64,000 bases of DNA, from contig CAMBPV010000003.1 in the NCBI GenBank assembly GCA_945869695.1, forward strand, positions 9,687 to 73,686. The letters run 5' to 3'. Position 1 is the first letter of the stretch. Each line of letters starts with the position of its first letter. Positions 48,182 to 59,206 of this stretch are shown piece by piece. The notes beneath the pieces were generated by a model, which had not been told where the DNA came from, did no database searches, and was given only the letters and a program-made list of their open reading frames with translations. This DNA is from Prosthecobacter debontii (GTDB lineage: Bacteria > Verrucomicrobiota > Verrucomicrobiia > Verrucomicrobiales > Verrucomicrobiaceae). Made by a program: the position numbers and the translations under genes.

Positions 48182-49093
48182 TTAGGGAACGAGATTGGAG
48201 ACCTCTTCCTTCAAGAGGGTTAGCGCCTCGGCAATCCGATTTCGTTCGACGTCACGGAATCGATGGAATGGCTCAGCCATGAAATCGTCGCATACACCCA
48301 GGTGGGAAAGCGCACACTTGATCCCTTTGATGATCGCCGAGGAGTGACGCCCGACCTGATAAAGCGTAGCCGAAATGCGCATCACCAAAGCATGCAACTC
48401 GCGCGCACGGACGACGTTGCTGGAGACCGCCGCATCGTAAAGAGCCACGTAGAGTTCAGGGAAGATGTTTGCCCCGCCGTTTACTCCACCATGTCCTCCG
48501 GCAAAAACCGCATCGAGCAGCAACTCCTCCGGTCCCATGAGCACTGACCAATCGGGGCGTTCCTTCAACAACTGACAGAGCCGATGGAAATAGACCATGT
48601 TTCCCGAACTGTCTTTGATCCCAAGAATCTGCGTTTCGTCTTGCAAGGCACGCACCGTGTCGATGTCAAAACTCACCTTGGTCAATGACGGCATGTTGTA
48701 GAGGAAAAGAGGCAGCGGCATCTCCGGAAGAAGATGGCGTATGTACTCGAGGAGTTCTGGTTGGGCCTCAGGCAGATAGTAAGGCGGGGCAGCGACGACG
48801 GCGTCTGCGCCTGCCTCCGCAGAGTGCCTGGCAATGTTCACGGACTCAACAAAAGCCGTGTCTGTGATCCCGACGAAAACCGGCACCCGTTGATTCACCC
48901 GTCTGCAGGTCTCGGTGATAAGTTCGCGCCTCAGACGATAACTGAGACTCGGTCCCTCACCGGTTGTACCGATGATGAAAAGACCGTGAACACCTCCGGT
49001 GATGAGGCGCTCGATCAGTTTTTCCAAACCCGCGTGATCCAAGGCGTCGCGGTCCAAGAGTGGAGTAATGAGTGGCGGGATGATACCTTTCAT
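48182..49093 (-). CDS. DHDPS/N-acetylneuraminate-lyase family class I aldolase
   Basis: IIPPLITPL, GTTGEGPSLS, and the Schiff-base lysine region ILGIKDSSGN. 303 aa. Confidence 0.85.
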   Translation of the reverse strand: MKGIIPPLITPLLDRDALDHAGLEKLIERLITGGVHGLFIIGTTGEGPSLSYRLRRELITETCRRVNQRVPVFVGITDTAFVESVNIARHSAEAGADAVVAAPPYYLPEAQPELLEYIRHLLPEMPLPLFLYNMPSLTKVSFDIDTVRALQDETQILGIKDSSGNMVYFHRLCQLLKERPDWSVLMGPEELLLDAVFAGGHGGVNGGANIFPELYVALYDAAVSSNVVRARELHALVMRISATLYQVGRHSSAIIKGIKCALSHLGVCDDFMAEPFHRFRDVERNRIAEALTLLKEEVSNLVP

Positions 49094-49107
49094 GGATGAT
49101 TCAGGAT

Positions 49108-50718
49108 CTATGACATGAGTTCGACATCGCCACAGAAGTGAACCTCGAGGCCAAGCTCAAACATGGCCACGGCTTTAATTCTTGCTGCGCGGTGAGCCTG
49201 GATTTCATCCGGACAATACACCACCTGAATGTGGTTGGATTGATGTCGGGCCATCATTTGATCACGCGTGATGCCGTTGAAAACTGCGTGCATGATGGGC
49301 CACTGTGGAGTCGTCAGCTTCCACCTGCGATGGGTCTCTTCTTCCGGAAGTTGAACAACTTCAGCGACCCCGATATCGCAATGAAGCTTGCCGCCCATGA
49401 TGAAAATGCGACTCCAAACAATTGAACCCGGCTTGCTGATGCCCTTGAGCGTGCCGCCACCCAAACGAAAGTACATAGGGGGTTGACGTTCGCTACTGGC
49501 CCCCCTCCATCCGCCCATAAAGTGCGCAGGCGGCGCCGCTCCACTGATCAAAAGGACCCAGATATACTGATCGCCGAAAGCCTCTCCCCAACGCAAATCG
49601 TGAAGGGTATTCTCCGGTGGAAAGCCGAGTTCACGCCAAAGACGATAGGTCACGAGACCATCCAAACCCGCACATTCATCTACCTCATTAAAGTGAGGAA
49701 CGGCCTCCCCCTCAAACAGAATGCGAGAACCGTCCGCTGACTTGACGGGAGGCCGACTGACATTATTTAGCATCCCCTCAGCAAGATCGCTTGCGGGAGT
49801 CAGATCCTTGAGACCCTGCTGATACTGGATACCCATGGCGTCGCAGCCGAACTCGTCAGCGATCCGGAGCACAGCTATATACATTTTACACTGGAGCAGC
49901 ACTTGAGCTTCCGTGAGATTCGTCTCTTCATCGATCCCCAAGACGAGTTTGAGGCCTTCGGATTGCAGCCAATTCAAAACACCTCGCGCCTCTTGATCGC
50001 TTACAAGTTGCATCGCCGCATAAAGGGAAGACTGGCTTAGACGCTCTTTGAATACCCCGGTAGGATGAAGGAGATGATCGGGAACGATGGCGTTAAACAT
50101 CCCCATGCATCCTTCATCCAAGACTCCCAAAATCGCTTTATGGCGCTTGAAACGGGCTCCAAACTCACTGCCAATTCGGAAATTATCCATCGGGATCTCA
50201 TGACGCCTTAGATCCCGAACATGGCTTTGGTCATGTTCGACCGCCCCTGATTTCAGCCACTCAGTGAGACCCTTTCTAAAGAAAGTGTCCGTAAAGTCTT
50301 CACTCCATAACGTCGAATAGGAAACACCCGCTTTCGTGAGTGATGCATTGAGGTTCAAGAGTCCAACAAGGCCCGGCCACTGGCCACTCCAATTAGCAAC
50401 GGTTAAGATGGGACCTCGGTGGCTGGTGAGGCCCGCGAGCACATGATGCGAATACTGCCAAACGGCCTCGGCAACAATCAGCGGAGCATCTGGATCAATG
50501 GTGCGAAAGACCTCCATTCCCATTTTTTGTGAATCAATGAACCCATGATTCTTCGCAGGATCAAAGGGATGGGCCCGGTTTATTGTGCCACCGAGACGCT
50601 CGATCTCTGCCACCAGCGCTTTTTCCATGGCCTGTTGCGCAGCCCAGCAAGTTTGATTAGCGGCGAGGCGGAGATCACCGCTTGCGACAAGTTGAATGGG
50701 GCGAGATTCGGGTTTCAT
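49108..50718 (-). CDS. L-fucose-isomerase-like superfamily sugar isomerase
   Basis: The C-terminal third parallels E. coli FucI as I recall it: GGG..(K/R).. block, then a hydrophobic beta segment, then W(P/T)..H(A/F) and NH.Q/V. ATG 50718 leaves a 110-bp divergent promoter region to the AraC gene. Confidence 0.55.
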   Translation of the reverse strand: MKPESRPIQLVASGDLRLAANQTCWAAQQAMEKALVAEIERLGGTINRAHPFDPAKNHGFIDSQKMGMEVFRTIDPDAPLIVAEAVWQYSHHVLAGLTSHRGPILTVANWSGQWPGLVGLLNLNASLTKAGVSYSTLWSEDFTDTFFRKGLTEWLKSGAVEHDQSHVRDLRRHEIPMDNFRIGSEFGARFKRHKAILGVLDEGCMGMFNAIVPDHLLHPTGVFKERLSQSSLYAAMQLVSDQEARGVLNWLQSEGLKLVLGIDEETNLTEAQVLLQCKMYIAVLRIADEFGCDAMGIQYQQGLKDLTPASDLAEGMLNNVSRPPVKSADGSRILFEGEAVPHFNEVDECAGLDGLVTYRLWRELGFPPENTLHDLRWGEAFGDQYIWVLLISGAAPPAHFMGGWRGASSERQPPMYFRLGGGTLKGISKPGSIVWSRIFIMGGKLHCDIGVAEVVQLPEEETHRRWKLTTPQWPIMHAVFNGITRDQMMARHQSNHIQVVYCPDEIQAHRAARIKAVAMFELGLEVHFCGDVELMS

Positions 50719-50828
50719 GGCGTGAGACCGATGGTGACGAACATCTCCATGAAGCACAATGTTCTTTCGTTGCGAATCCTTGCACGCTGCATGATGATTC
50801 TTGACCTGCCCCTTCGGGGCTCTCTTGT

Positions 50829-51698
50829 ATGGCAACCACTCAGCAAGCCGATTACTTTTCAACCCAAGTGGTCAGGAATCGCCGCTTTTTTATTCCGGAT
50901 TGGGATGAGCGCCGGAAGAACGCTCGCACGCTCTGCCTCGTGGGTGGTGGCTGTGAGTGGTGCGCACCTGAGTTTAAGGTCGAAAGACGGCGATTTCCAT
51001 TTTTCGCCTTCGAGTTTGTCTCCAAGGGAAAGGGACATGTAATTTTGGACGGAACCAGTCACTCGGTGAGTGCGGGACATGCCTTCTTTTATGACCCCAA
51101 CATGCAACACACCATTTCATCTGACTCGGCTGAGCCAATGGTGAAGTACTTTTTTAACTTTGCTGGCGTGCGCGCAAAGCAGCTATTGAAAGCGCTAGAC
51201 CTCTCCCCGGGCACCATCATTCGCGTGCTTGATGTTTCTCGGATCATTGCCCTCCTCGAAGAGGTGATCGATCACGCACTTCGCGGAGGTGCCGGAGGAC
51301 AAAGAAGCGCAACGATCGCCTTGGAACATTCGCTGGTTCTCTGTGCAGATGGTCAACAAACAGTCGAAACAAAGTTAGATCCCGCCTACGCCAGTTATCT
51401 GCGCTGCCGCGGACATCTCCTCAGGAACTACACGGTGCTGGCCAATATCGAGGAAGCCGCTAGAAACTGCGGCGTTTCGGCTGCGTATTTTTGCCGTCTC
51501 TTTCAGCGATTCGATCAAGAAACACCGCTCACCTGCCTCAATCGCCTCAAATTGTCTCAGGCCATTATTCTTCTTCGTGAACCCGGTAGCCAGGTCAAGA
51601 CGGTGGCCGGTGAAATGGGGTTCCGATCAGCCGCCCACTTCTCAAGGGCATTCAAAGCTTGGCATCACCGAACACCGCAGTCGGTGGCAAAAGAGTAA
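50829..51698 (+). CDS. AraC-family transcriptional regulator (cupin sensor plus HTH)
   Basis: C-terminal double HTH ([22 protein letters not shown] ... [16 protein letters not shown]). Divergent from the catabolic operon. Confidence 0.85.
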   Translation: MATTQQADYFSTQVVRNRRFFIPDWDERRKNARTLCLVGGGCEWCAPEFKVERRRFPFFAFEFVSKGKGHVILDGTSHSVSAGHAFFYDPNMQHTISSDSAEPMVKYFFNFAGVRAKQLLKALDLSPGTIIRVLDVSRIIALLEEVIDHALRGGAGGQRSATIALEHSLVLCADGQQTVETKLDPAYASYLRCRGHLLRNYTVLANIEEAARNCGVSAAYFCRLFQRFDQETPLTCLNRLKLSQAIILLREPGSQVKTVAGEMGFRSAAHFSRAFKAWHHRTPQSVAKE

Positions 51699-51757
51699 AA
51701 GTTGCATTCTTAGCGAGGGGGATTGAATGATGCATCCGCAACTCCACGGATTCGACT

Positions 51758-52438
51758 GTGAACCTCTCGCCCATTGCCACTCTGCACACCCCGTTCCCGG
51801 AGAAGTTTGGCATACCCCGCCAAAGCGGAATCGTGGATTCAGCAATCGGGAGAGTCGAGATGCTTCCGGAGTTCAATCGAATTGACTTTGTGAGGGGTCT
51901 CGAATCCTTCACGCATCTTTGGCTGATCACAGTGTTTGATCAATCACCGCCATGGGATGGCAAGGCGACCGTGCGACCGCCTCGCCTCGGTGGAAACGAG
52001 AGGCTCGGTGTTTTTGCGACCCGAAGTCCGAACCGACCCAATCCCATCGGGCTAAGCCTCGTGCGGCTTTTGAAAATCGAAACACATCCGCGACTCGTCC
52101 TTCATGTGGCTGGGATTGATGCGGTGGATGGGACGCCGGTGCTCGACATTAAACCCTACCTCCCTTGGTGCGAAAGCCGACCTGAGGCCGCCGCCGACTG
52201 GGCCGGACGGGCACCTGAACAGAGGCCAATCGAAAGCATCATTCTTCCTCCCGATTTACGCCAAGTCATGGGAGAAGAACTGGCAACCATGGTCACAGAA
52301 CTCCTCAGACTGGAATCTCAACCGGCCTACCACAGCGCGTCTGAAAGAACTTATGGGATGGCCATAGCCGGTTGGAACATCAAATGGCAACTTCAGGGAG
52401 ACTTGGTGATCGTCACTGAGGCCACAAGGCTCGGCTAA
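51758..52438 (+). CDS. trmO: tRNA (m6t6A37) methyltransferase TrmO/TsaA (YaeB family)
   Basis: PIATLHTPF.EKFGIPRQSG, FATRSPNRPNPIGLS and VLDIKPY motifs. GTG start. Confidence 0.8.
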   Translation: MNLSPIATLHTPFPEKFGIPRQSGIVDSAIGRVEMLPEFNRIDFVRGLESFTHLWLITVFDQSPPWDGKATVRPPRLGGNERLGVFATRSPNRPNPIGLSLVRLLKIETHPRLVLHVAGIDAVDGTPVLDIKPYLPWCESRPEAAADWAGRAPEQRPIESIILPPDLRQVMGEELATMVTELLRLESQPAYHSASERTYGMAIAGWNIKWQLQGDLVIVTEATRLG

Positions 52439-53505
52439 AAGCCGGGAAAAGCGCCCTCTCGCAACGGCACTACTTTTTTGTCGAGCAAATGGGAGGCATG
52501 AATTCGCCTCACCGTGCCACTCCGCGCACGCATGAGGATCGAGTGCGTTTCAACCCGATGCCCGATGAGTTTGACACCTGGGAGCAGGGCGCTGTCGCTG
52601 ATGCCCGTGGCGCAAAAAAGAGCACTCTCACCGATCACCAGATCATCAGAGCGGAAAACCCGAAGGGTTTCATTGATACCTACTTCATTCTCCACTTCGA
52701 GACGATGCTCCTTGTTATGAAACCACATGCGCAACTGCATATCGCCCCCGAGGCACTTCAAAGCTGCAGCTGCAAGAACACCTTCAGGTGAGCCGCCCAT
52801 ACCCACGTAGAGATCCACGCCACTTTCCGGGAGCGACGGTGCCACAGCAGCGGTGATGTCACCATCCGAGATCATGCGCAACGCAGCTCCGGTTTTACGG
52901 ACCTCCGTCACGATATCTCCATGCCGGGTGCGATCCATGGTCATGACGACTACATCACGCTGATGTTTTCCGAGTGCTCCCGCCACAAAAGCGATGACTT
53001 CAAAGAGCGGCATGTCGAGAAAACAACGATCTCCCCTGCCCTCCAGCGCTTTTTTGACAGCAGGTCCATACGCGATCTTATGCGCGTAAAAGCTCGGGAT
53101 GTTTTTCATCGCTGAAGGCGCGCCATCCGGCACCTGCGCCGCGGCGATGACGGCGATGCTGTTTGGCAATCCTTTGGCAATGTTGGAGGTGCCATCAATC
53201 GGGTCCAAGGCGATATCGAATCTCGGTGCATGGGGCCTCCATGTGCCCAACTGCTCACCGACAAAAATCCCCGGCGCATTATCCTTGATCCCTTCGCCGA
53301 TCACGACTTGAGCACGAACATCGAGCAGATCAAAAACACCGTAAATGGCCCGGCAGGCGGCAGCATCTGCGCGCTCCTTTTCCCCACGGCCCAGCCAATG
53401 AATGGCCTGCAAGGCGGCGTTCTCTGTAGCCCGGACAAATTCAAATTCCAACAGGCGCTCGAGGTCCAGCGAACTGCGGAGTGGGGGAAGGTCGGAGTCA
53501 TTCAT
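52435..53505 (-). CDS. glpX: Class II fructose-1,6-bisphosphatase
   Basis: ATENAALQA, LDPIDGTSNIAKG and GMGGSPEGV motifs. ATG 53505. The 3' end overlaps trmO by 4 nt (convergent). Confidence 0.88.
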   Translation of the reverse strand: MNDSDLPPLRSSLDLERLLEFEFVRATENAALQAIHWLGRGEKERADAAACRAIYGVFDLLDVRAQVVIGEGIKDNAPGIFVGEQLGTWRPHAPRFDIALDPIDGTSNIAKGLPNSIAVIAAAQVPDGAPSAMKNIPSFYAHKIAYGPAVKKALEGRGDRCFLDMPLFEVIAFVAGALGKHQRDVVVMTMDRTRHGDIVTEVRKTGAALRMISDGDITAAVAPSLPESGVDLYVGMGGSPEGVLAAAALKCLGGDMQLRMWFHNKEHRLEVENEVGINETLRVFRSDDLVIGESALFCATGISDSALLPGVKLIGHRVETHSILMRARSGTVRRIHASHLLDKKVVPLREGAFPGF

Positions 53506-53597
53506 CGTGGTGTGGATGATCACTCAGCGATGGCGTAGCGCCGTGCAAGTGTTTGTGTGACACTTCCTTTACCTGAAAATTCACCTGCCCGCTGAGG

Positions 53598-54734
53598 TCA
53601 GGGCGTTCGTGTCGATTCCAGGGCAGAGGCGTAGAGTGACTCGAAGTCACTCTGAGCTACCGGACGCGGATTAAACTGCGCCGTCCACTGCTGAGAAGCC
53701 ATCTTTGCCAGCTCAGGAATCACTTCTGAGGTGACCCCATATCCTTTGATGTTCAGGGGCATGCGAGCCTCCCACAACAACTCTGACATTCGGTCTGCCA
53801 GATCCCCGTCAAAAAGACTCTCGTAGATCCGTGCAATCTCCGGAAGTGCCGAATTGTATCGGATGATGTGAGGCAGCATGACCCCAACGGCCTCGCCATG
53901 CACGACCCCGAAATGAGCCGTCAATGGATTGGCCGCAGAGTGAGCTGCACCCAACATGGAGTTTTCGATGGCGGTGCCCGCATAGGCCGCCCCGAGGAGC
54001 ATCATCCCTCTCGCCTCCACATCAGACCCATCCCGTAAAACCCGCCCAAAACCTGCGTGGCATAGCCGAAAGGCTTCCCGAGAGAAGAGCGTCGAGAATG
54101 CTGATCTTTTGTTGGTCACTGCCGTTTCGAGTGCGTGAGAGATCGCATCGATACCCGTGCAGACTGTCACTCGATGGGGCTGGGAGATTGTGAGTTCCGG
54201 GTCTAGAATGGCAACTTTGGCCGCCGCCTTCGGATCACCACATGCCATTTTCACATGAGTTACTGCGTCAGAAATGAGCGCATAACTTTGACACTCGCTC
54301 CCAGTGCCCGCCGTCGTTGGAATAGCGATCATCGGGAGCATGGCCTTCGCTGCCTTTCCCGTCCCCCAGAAGTCTTCCATACGCCCGCCATTGGTGAGGA
54401 TGAAATTACAGCCTTTCGCGGTATCCATGCTGCTTCCACCCCCGAGACCGATGATGAAGTCGGCACCCAAGGCGCGGGCCGCATTGACGCAGTGCTCCAC
54501 GTCCTCAGTGCTCGGATTTTCACGCACGTCACCGTGGACCGCAACGACAAGCCCGGCCGCCTCAAGAAACCCCTTGGCCCGTTCCACATAACCCGCCTTC
54601 ACGATTCCGGGATCACTCACGATCAGCACCCGACTGCCTCCTAACTCGAGCACAAGCTCACCCACGCGTCCGAGGGCACCCATGCCAAAAACAAGTCGAG
54701 TGCGCGGCTGATGATCGAAAGGAAGAAGCGACAT
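53598..54734 (-). CDS. Iron-containing (group III) alcohol dehydrogenase
   Basis: GLGGGSSMDTAKG and AISHALE-type His motifs. ATG 54734 is one nt after the upstream stop. Confidence 0.85.
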   Translation of the reverse strand: MSLLPFDHQPRTRLVFGMGALGRVGELVLELGGSRVLIVSDPGIVKAGYVERAKGFLEAAGLVVAVHGDVRENPSTEDVEHCVNAARALGADFIIGLGGGSSMDTAKGCNFILTNGGRMEDFWGTGKAAKAMLPMIAIPTTAGTGSECQSYALISDAVTHVKMACGDPKAAAKVAILDPELTISQPHRVTVCTGIDAISHALETAVTNKRSAFSTLFSREAFRLCHAGFGRVLRDGSDVEARGMMLLGAAYAGTAIENSMLGAAHSAANPLTAHFGVVHGEAVGVMLPHIIRYNSALPEIARIYESLFDGDLADRMSELLWEARMPLNIKGYGVTSEVIPELAKMASQQWTAQFNPRPVAQSDFESLYASALESTRTP

Positions 54735-54735
54735 C

Positions 54736-56172
54736 TTAGACTGCGCGATCAATGGAACGACGTTTGTACAAAAACTCGAACATGTTGCCTTCGTGGGGTT
54801 GGTCCCAACTGATACTCATGGTGCTGATCGGCCCCAAATTGAGTCGATCAATGGTCGGGCATTCCAGAAGTTCCTCCGTAAACGCCGGATCTTCGGTGAT
54901 GGCGGTGACGATGAGAGAGTAACCGATTTTTGAGAGAACCTCTTTTTGTGGAACCTCCACCACGCTTGCATAAGGGCAGAGGAACTCTCGATTCGCGAGA
55001 GAGTGGGACCAGGAATCACACCGCACGATGGTCGGCCGAAGAAAAGTTCCGCCTTGGAATTCCACCTTGCGTGGACCGTTTCGATACCTGGCCGTTACAT
55101 CTTCAGCTCCACCTGCCTCCAGGTCGTTGTCGATGGCAGAGTCGATGTAATCCGCCATCTTTGTGTTGGCAAAACCGGACAAACGAGCGTTCTCATCATC
55201 GCTCGGGAGAGGTTCGATGGGGCCCAGTTGCTGGGCCAATGCGTCGGCGATTTCCTTCCCATACTTTGGAACGATGACAGCGCTCGCATTGATGCAAGAG
55301 CGTCCGCCATTGTCGCTGATCGAGCGGACCATCACGTCGATGTAGTCCTTCCAGTTTTCGATCTTGTCCTCACCGATGATGATCTTACTCCAACCCGGTC
55401 CGTGAACTTGTACGCTCGGATTGCCCTCATACATCTTAGCCATAGCCACATCACCAAAGACGAGATTTCGACCGCTCAGCTTCACCACCTCTCCGCTTCC
55501 TTCGTGATCTGTCGGGTAGAAGCCAAAAGCCTCAGGTGGCGCACCTGCTGCGATGAATGCCTGAATCAAACGGAACGGCGTCCATGGCTCCTCACGCCCC
55601 GGTTTAATCACCACCGGAATCTTCAATGCGATGGCCGGCAACCACAGAGAATTGACCGCAGGGGAGTTACTGGGCATCACGAGCCCGAGGCTTTGTGTCG
55701 TCGGGAAATAGGAGACCGGACAGCCCGCCTGCGTGCCAAAACCTTTATCGATCACACTCATATCGAGCCCGCGTGAGAGACCATTCAGAATCATCTCCAT
55801 GTGAGTCAGCGCGTAATGGAGCTTCGTCATGTTTCGCTTAACCATGACATGGGGCAATCCGCTGGTTCGAGACAATGTGGCAATGTATTCCTGCGGTGTC
55901 TGAGTGTGCCCACGATCTCCGAGTGGGAGCGTGCCATTTAAGAAAAGATCTCCCGCTTTCGAAGTGATCTCGATCAATTGAGCGACGGTGAACTTTTTCA
56001 GAGCAGCGCGGGCCTCACTGATGCGCCCGAGGTCCTTCCGGACGATGCCTGCATTGACCTGACTGACTTCTGCACAAATCTCACCGGTCTTGTGGTCTTT
56101 AACCTGAACCTTATCAAGGGAGTCGTAAGGGCGGCCTTTGCGCAGGGCTGGAAGATGGGGGATGGAACTCAT
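54736..56172 (-). CDS. Aldehyde dehydrogenase superfamily protein
   Basis: About 478 aa from ATG 56172. GGRSCINAS is the candidate catalytic Cys region, and NAD-binding-like GFYPTDHEGSG is present. Subfamily not assignable by eye. Confidence 0.7.
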   Translation of the reverse strand: MSSIPHLPALRKGRPYDSLDKVQVKDHKTGEICAEVSQVNAGIVRKDLGRISEARAALKKFTVAQLIEITSKAGDLFLNGTLPLGDRGHTQTPQEYIATLSRTSGLPHVMVKRNMTKLHYALTHMEMILNGLSRGLDMSVIDKGFGTQAGCPVSYFPTTQSLGLVMPSNSPAVNSLWLPAIALKIPVVIKPGREEPWTPFRLIQAFIAAGAPPEAFGFYPTDHEGSGEVVKLSGRNLVFGDVAMAKMYEGNPSVQVHGPGWSKIIIGEDKIENWKDYIDVMVRSISDNGGRSCINASAVIVPKYGKEIADALAQQLGPIEPLPSDDENARLSGFANTKMADYIDSAIDNDLEAGGAEDVTARYRNGPRKVEFQGGTFLRPTIVRCDSWSHSLANREFLCPYASVVEVPQKEVLSKIGYSLIVTAITEDPAFTEELLECPTIDRLNLGPISTMSISWDQPHEGNMFEFLYKRRSIDRAV

Positions 56173-56332
56173 GTGTAGATTGAAGGAATATCCGAATTGG
56201 TTAGAACGTCCGAAGAGGCGCTCATCTCGCATACGTTGGCGGTCCTGCAAAGGTTTTCTCCCATCTGCCGACTCACTCTTGTTAAGAAGCGATGGCCTTG
56301 AAATACAGATCCATCACGCCCATTCTATTCGC

Positions 56333-56797
56333 ATGGCAAATAATGAACCCCGAGACACCCCTGGAAGACTGCTTTTGCTGGGAGCCGTTCTCTTCAGCAC
56401 CGTGGTCATCTTCTCGTGGCGTGTGCATTTGGGGCGAGGCCAATTCGATTGGGTTGAATATCCGACCGCCCTCGGTGATGACCAAATTTACTCTCGAATG
56501 ATCAGCTTGAATGACTTTTTCGAGCCGGCAGTGAAGTTCCCATCGCAAGAAAAGGGTCTTTACAGAAGAATGTTTTCCCCCATCCATCGCGATGACGAGA
56601 AAATGGAAAAGGTTGCGTTTGAACCTGTCGGAAGGCACTTCGTTTATGCTGCTGCTGATTCCCGGGCAAAGGATCGGCGTTACTTTCTCAAAGCGGGTGA
56701 GAACGCATTCATTGAGTTTGGTCAGAGGAAATATTACCCCACTAACCCAGAAGTCGTGCCCGTGCCCAAGGCGATCCCCTACACACCCAAACCCTGA
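56333..56797 (+). CDS. Hypothetical membrane-anchored protein
   Basis: ATG 56333. N-terminal TM (RLLLLGAVLFSTVVIFSW) then about 110 aa of hydrophilic sequence. No family recognised. Confidence 0.5.
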   Translation: MANNEPRDTPGRLLLLGAVLFSTVVIFSWRVHLGRGQFDWVEYPTALGDDQIYSRMISLNDFFEPAVKFPSQEKGLYRRMFSPIHRDDEKMEKVAFEPVGRHFVYAAADSRAKDRRYFLKAGENAFIEFGQRKYYPTNPEVVPVPKAIPYTPKP

Positions 56798-56880
56798 CGT
56801 TTTCGCCCTCGCCAAAAACACCTTGGCATCACCGAAATCCCTCCTTTAGTCAGGCATCTCATCCCACTCCAAAATCATTC

Positions 56881-58419
56881 ATGGCCATCCAGCGCGCGCT
56901 TCTCTCTGTCTCCGATAAAACCGGCATCCTCGAATTTGCCAAAGGACTGGAGGCGCTGGGAGTGGAGATTCTTTCCACGGGTGGCACAGCCAAGCATCTT
57001 GCAGACAATGGTTTAAAGGTGATCGAGGTCTCGGATCACACCGGATTTCCAGAGATGTTTGATGGTCGAGTGAAGACACTCCACCCAAAAATTCATGGTG
57101 GCCTGCTGCAACGTCGCGACAACAAAGAAGATCAGGCAAACGCGAGGAAGCATGAGATTCCCGTGATCGACATCGTGGCGATCAATCTTTATCCGTTCGA
57201 ACAGACGGTGGCCAAAAAGAACGTCACTCTCGAGGAAGCCATCGAGAACATCGACATCGGTGGTCCGTCGATGCTGCGCTCGGCAGCTAAGAATCACCGC
57301 TGGGTCACCGTGATTAGCGATCCTGATGACTACACCGTCGTGCTAAACGAAATGCGGGAGAATGAAGGCGACACGACGATGGCCACCCGGGAGCGCCTGG
57401 CATGGAAAGTTTTCCACCGCACCTCACAGTATGACGCCGCCATCGCTAGCTTTTTGAACAAAGAGCAAACCACACAAAAGACCTTCAATCTGAGCCTTCC
57501 TCTCTATGCCGAACTGCGCTACGGTGACAATCCTCACCAAGCAGCTTCTCTTTACGGCAATTTCGGGGAGCATTTCATCAAGCTTCATGGGAAGGATCTA
57601 TCCTATACCAATGTGATCGACATCCAATCCGCAGCGGGATTGGTCCAAGAGTTCAGAAGGCCGACCGTCGCCATTTTGAAACACACCAATCCTTGTGGTG
57701 TCGGTTGTGCTGACGAGGATCTCCGCGAGGCTTGGCAGAAGGCGTTCGAGACTGATAAGCAAGCTCCATTTGGAGGCGTGATCGTGACAAATCGCTCCAT
57801 GACACTCTCGTTGGCGAAGTTGATCTCTGAAATTTTCACGGACATCATCATCGCTCCGGACTTCGATGCGGATGCGCGCGCCCACCTTCAGAAGAAAAAG
57901 AATCTGCGTTTGATTCAAATGGCGGCCACCGTTCCGGAAGCACTCAGTGAGCCCGTGATCCGCTCAGCACCGGGTGGAGTTTTGGTCATGGATGCAGACA
58001 CTCGCGCCTTGGGTCTCGATGACCTTGAAAACAAAGTGAAAAGCCAGCGCCCACCTACACGCGAAGAGTTAGAGGCCATGCGTTTTGCCTGGCGGGTCGT
58101 GAAGCATGTGAAATCAAACGCCATCGTTTTTGCGAGCTCAGACAGGACTCTCGGCATTGGCGCTGGCCAGATGTCTCGAGTGGACTCATGCCGGATCGCT
58201 ATCTGGAAAGCGAAAGAGGCCGGTCTCTCCCTCGAAGGCAGCGTGGTCGCGAGTGATGCGATGTTCCCTTTTGCAGATGGATTGATCGCTTGTGGTGAAG
58301 CTGGAGCGACCGCAGCCATTCAGCCTGGCGGCTCGATGAGAGACCAGGAAGTCATCGATGCAGCCGACGCTCGCAAAATGGCCATGGTTTTCACAGGCCA
58401 CCGGCACTTCCTCCATTGA
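56881..58419 (+). CDS. purH: Bifunctional AICAR transformylase / IMP cyclohydrolase
   Basis: [29 protein letters not shown] and LRYGENPHQ-like motifs; 512 aa. Confidence 0.95.
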   Translation: MAIQRALLSVSDKTGILEFAKGLEALGVEILSTGGTAKHLADNGLKVIEVSDHTGFPEMFDGRVKTLHPKIHGGLLQRRDNKEDQANARKHEIPVIDIVAINLYPFEQTVAKKNVTLEEAIENIDIGGPSMLRSAAKNHRWVTVISDPDDYTVVLNEMRENEGDTTMATRERLAWKVFHRTSQYDAAIASFLNKEQTTQKTFNLSLPLYAELRYGDNPHQAASLYGNFGEHFIKLHGKDLSYTNVIDIQSAAGLVQEFRRPTVAILKHTNPCGVGCADEDLREAWQKAFETDKQAPFGGVIVTNRSMTLSLAKLISEIFTDIIIAPDFDADARAHLQKKKNLRLIQMAATVPEALSEPVIRSAPGGVLVMDADTRALGLDDLENKVKSQRPPTREELEAMRFAWRVVKHVKSNAIVFASSDRTLGIGAGQMSRVDSCRIAIWKAKEAGLSLEGSVVASDAMFPFADGLIACGEAGATAAIQPGGSMRDQEVIDAADARKMAMVFTGHRHFLH

Positions 58420-58444
58420 TGAGGAGGCTAGGCACGATCTTCCC

Positions 58445-59197
58445 ATGAATCCCATTCTCAAGCTTGGCGTCAACATTGACCACGTCGCCACCCTCAGGCA
58501 GGCGAGGTATCGGACGATGCCTGATGCACCGAACGCTGAACCTTCGGTCCTGCAAGCTGCTGAAGAGGCCATTGCAGGAGGTGCGGATTCACTCACGCTT
58601 CATCTCCGAGCAGATCGTCGTCACATTCAAGATGCCGATTTGATTCTGGTGATGAAATCGGTCCGGATTCCGATCAATATGGAGATGGGAAATACGCCTG
58701 AGATCCTTGAAATAGCCCTCGGCTTACGGCCCGCGTACGTTTGCCTCGTTCCTGAAAATCGGGAAGAAGTAACCACGGAGGGCGGGCTCCATGTCTCCGC
58801 CCAAGAGGACTCTTTGAGGGACACGGTTCAGCGCCTTCAGAGCAATGGAACGAGCGTGAGTATGTTCATCGATCCGGATTTGGAGCAAGTCCGTGCGTCA
58901 GCAAGGATCGGCGCGCGGATGATTGAACTCCACACGGGCACCTTTGCAAATCGCCAAGGAGCCGAGCGAGGGCGAGAGACTCGCCGTTTGTCAGAAGCGG
59001 CAAAACTCGGCCACTCTCTCGGACTTCAAATCAATGCGGGCCATGGATTGACCACCGCCAATCTTCCTGACCTCTTTTCAGTGCCACATCTCTCTGAACT
59101 GAACATTGGCCACCACCTGATTTGCAGATCTGTTTTTATCGGACTGAGATCCGCCGTGGCCGAAATGCGTCAGGTGATGAACGGCTACACTAGCTAA
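58445..59197 (+). CDS. pdxJ: Pyridoxine 5'-phosphate synthase
   Basis: LGVNIDHVATLRQAR, HLRADRRHI, ELHTG and NAGHGL motifs. ATG 58445. Confidence 0.92.
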   Translation: MNPILKLGVNIDHVATLRQARYRTMPDAPNAEPSVLQAAEEAIAGGADSLTLHLRADRRHIQDADLILVMKSVRIPINMEMGNTPEILEIALGLRPAYVCLVPENREEVTTEGGLHVSAQEDSLRDTVQRLQSNGTSVSMFIDPDLEQVRASARIGARMIELHTGTFANRQGAERGRETRRLSEAAKLGHSLGLQINAGHGLTTANLPDLFSVPHLSELNIGHHLICRSVFIGLRSAVAEMRQVMNGYTS

Positions 59198-59206
59198 TTT
59201 CTCCCG

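Noticed and set aside
56798-56880. ZTP (pfl) riboswitch upstream of purH
   Set aside because: The leader is only about 80 nt. I could not find the conserved GGGTCGTGACTGGCG... / CCGCCTGGGCA-type elements.
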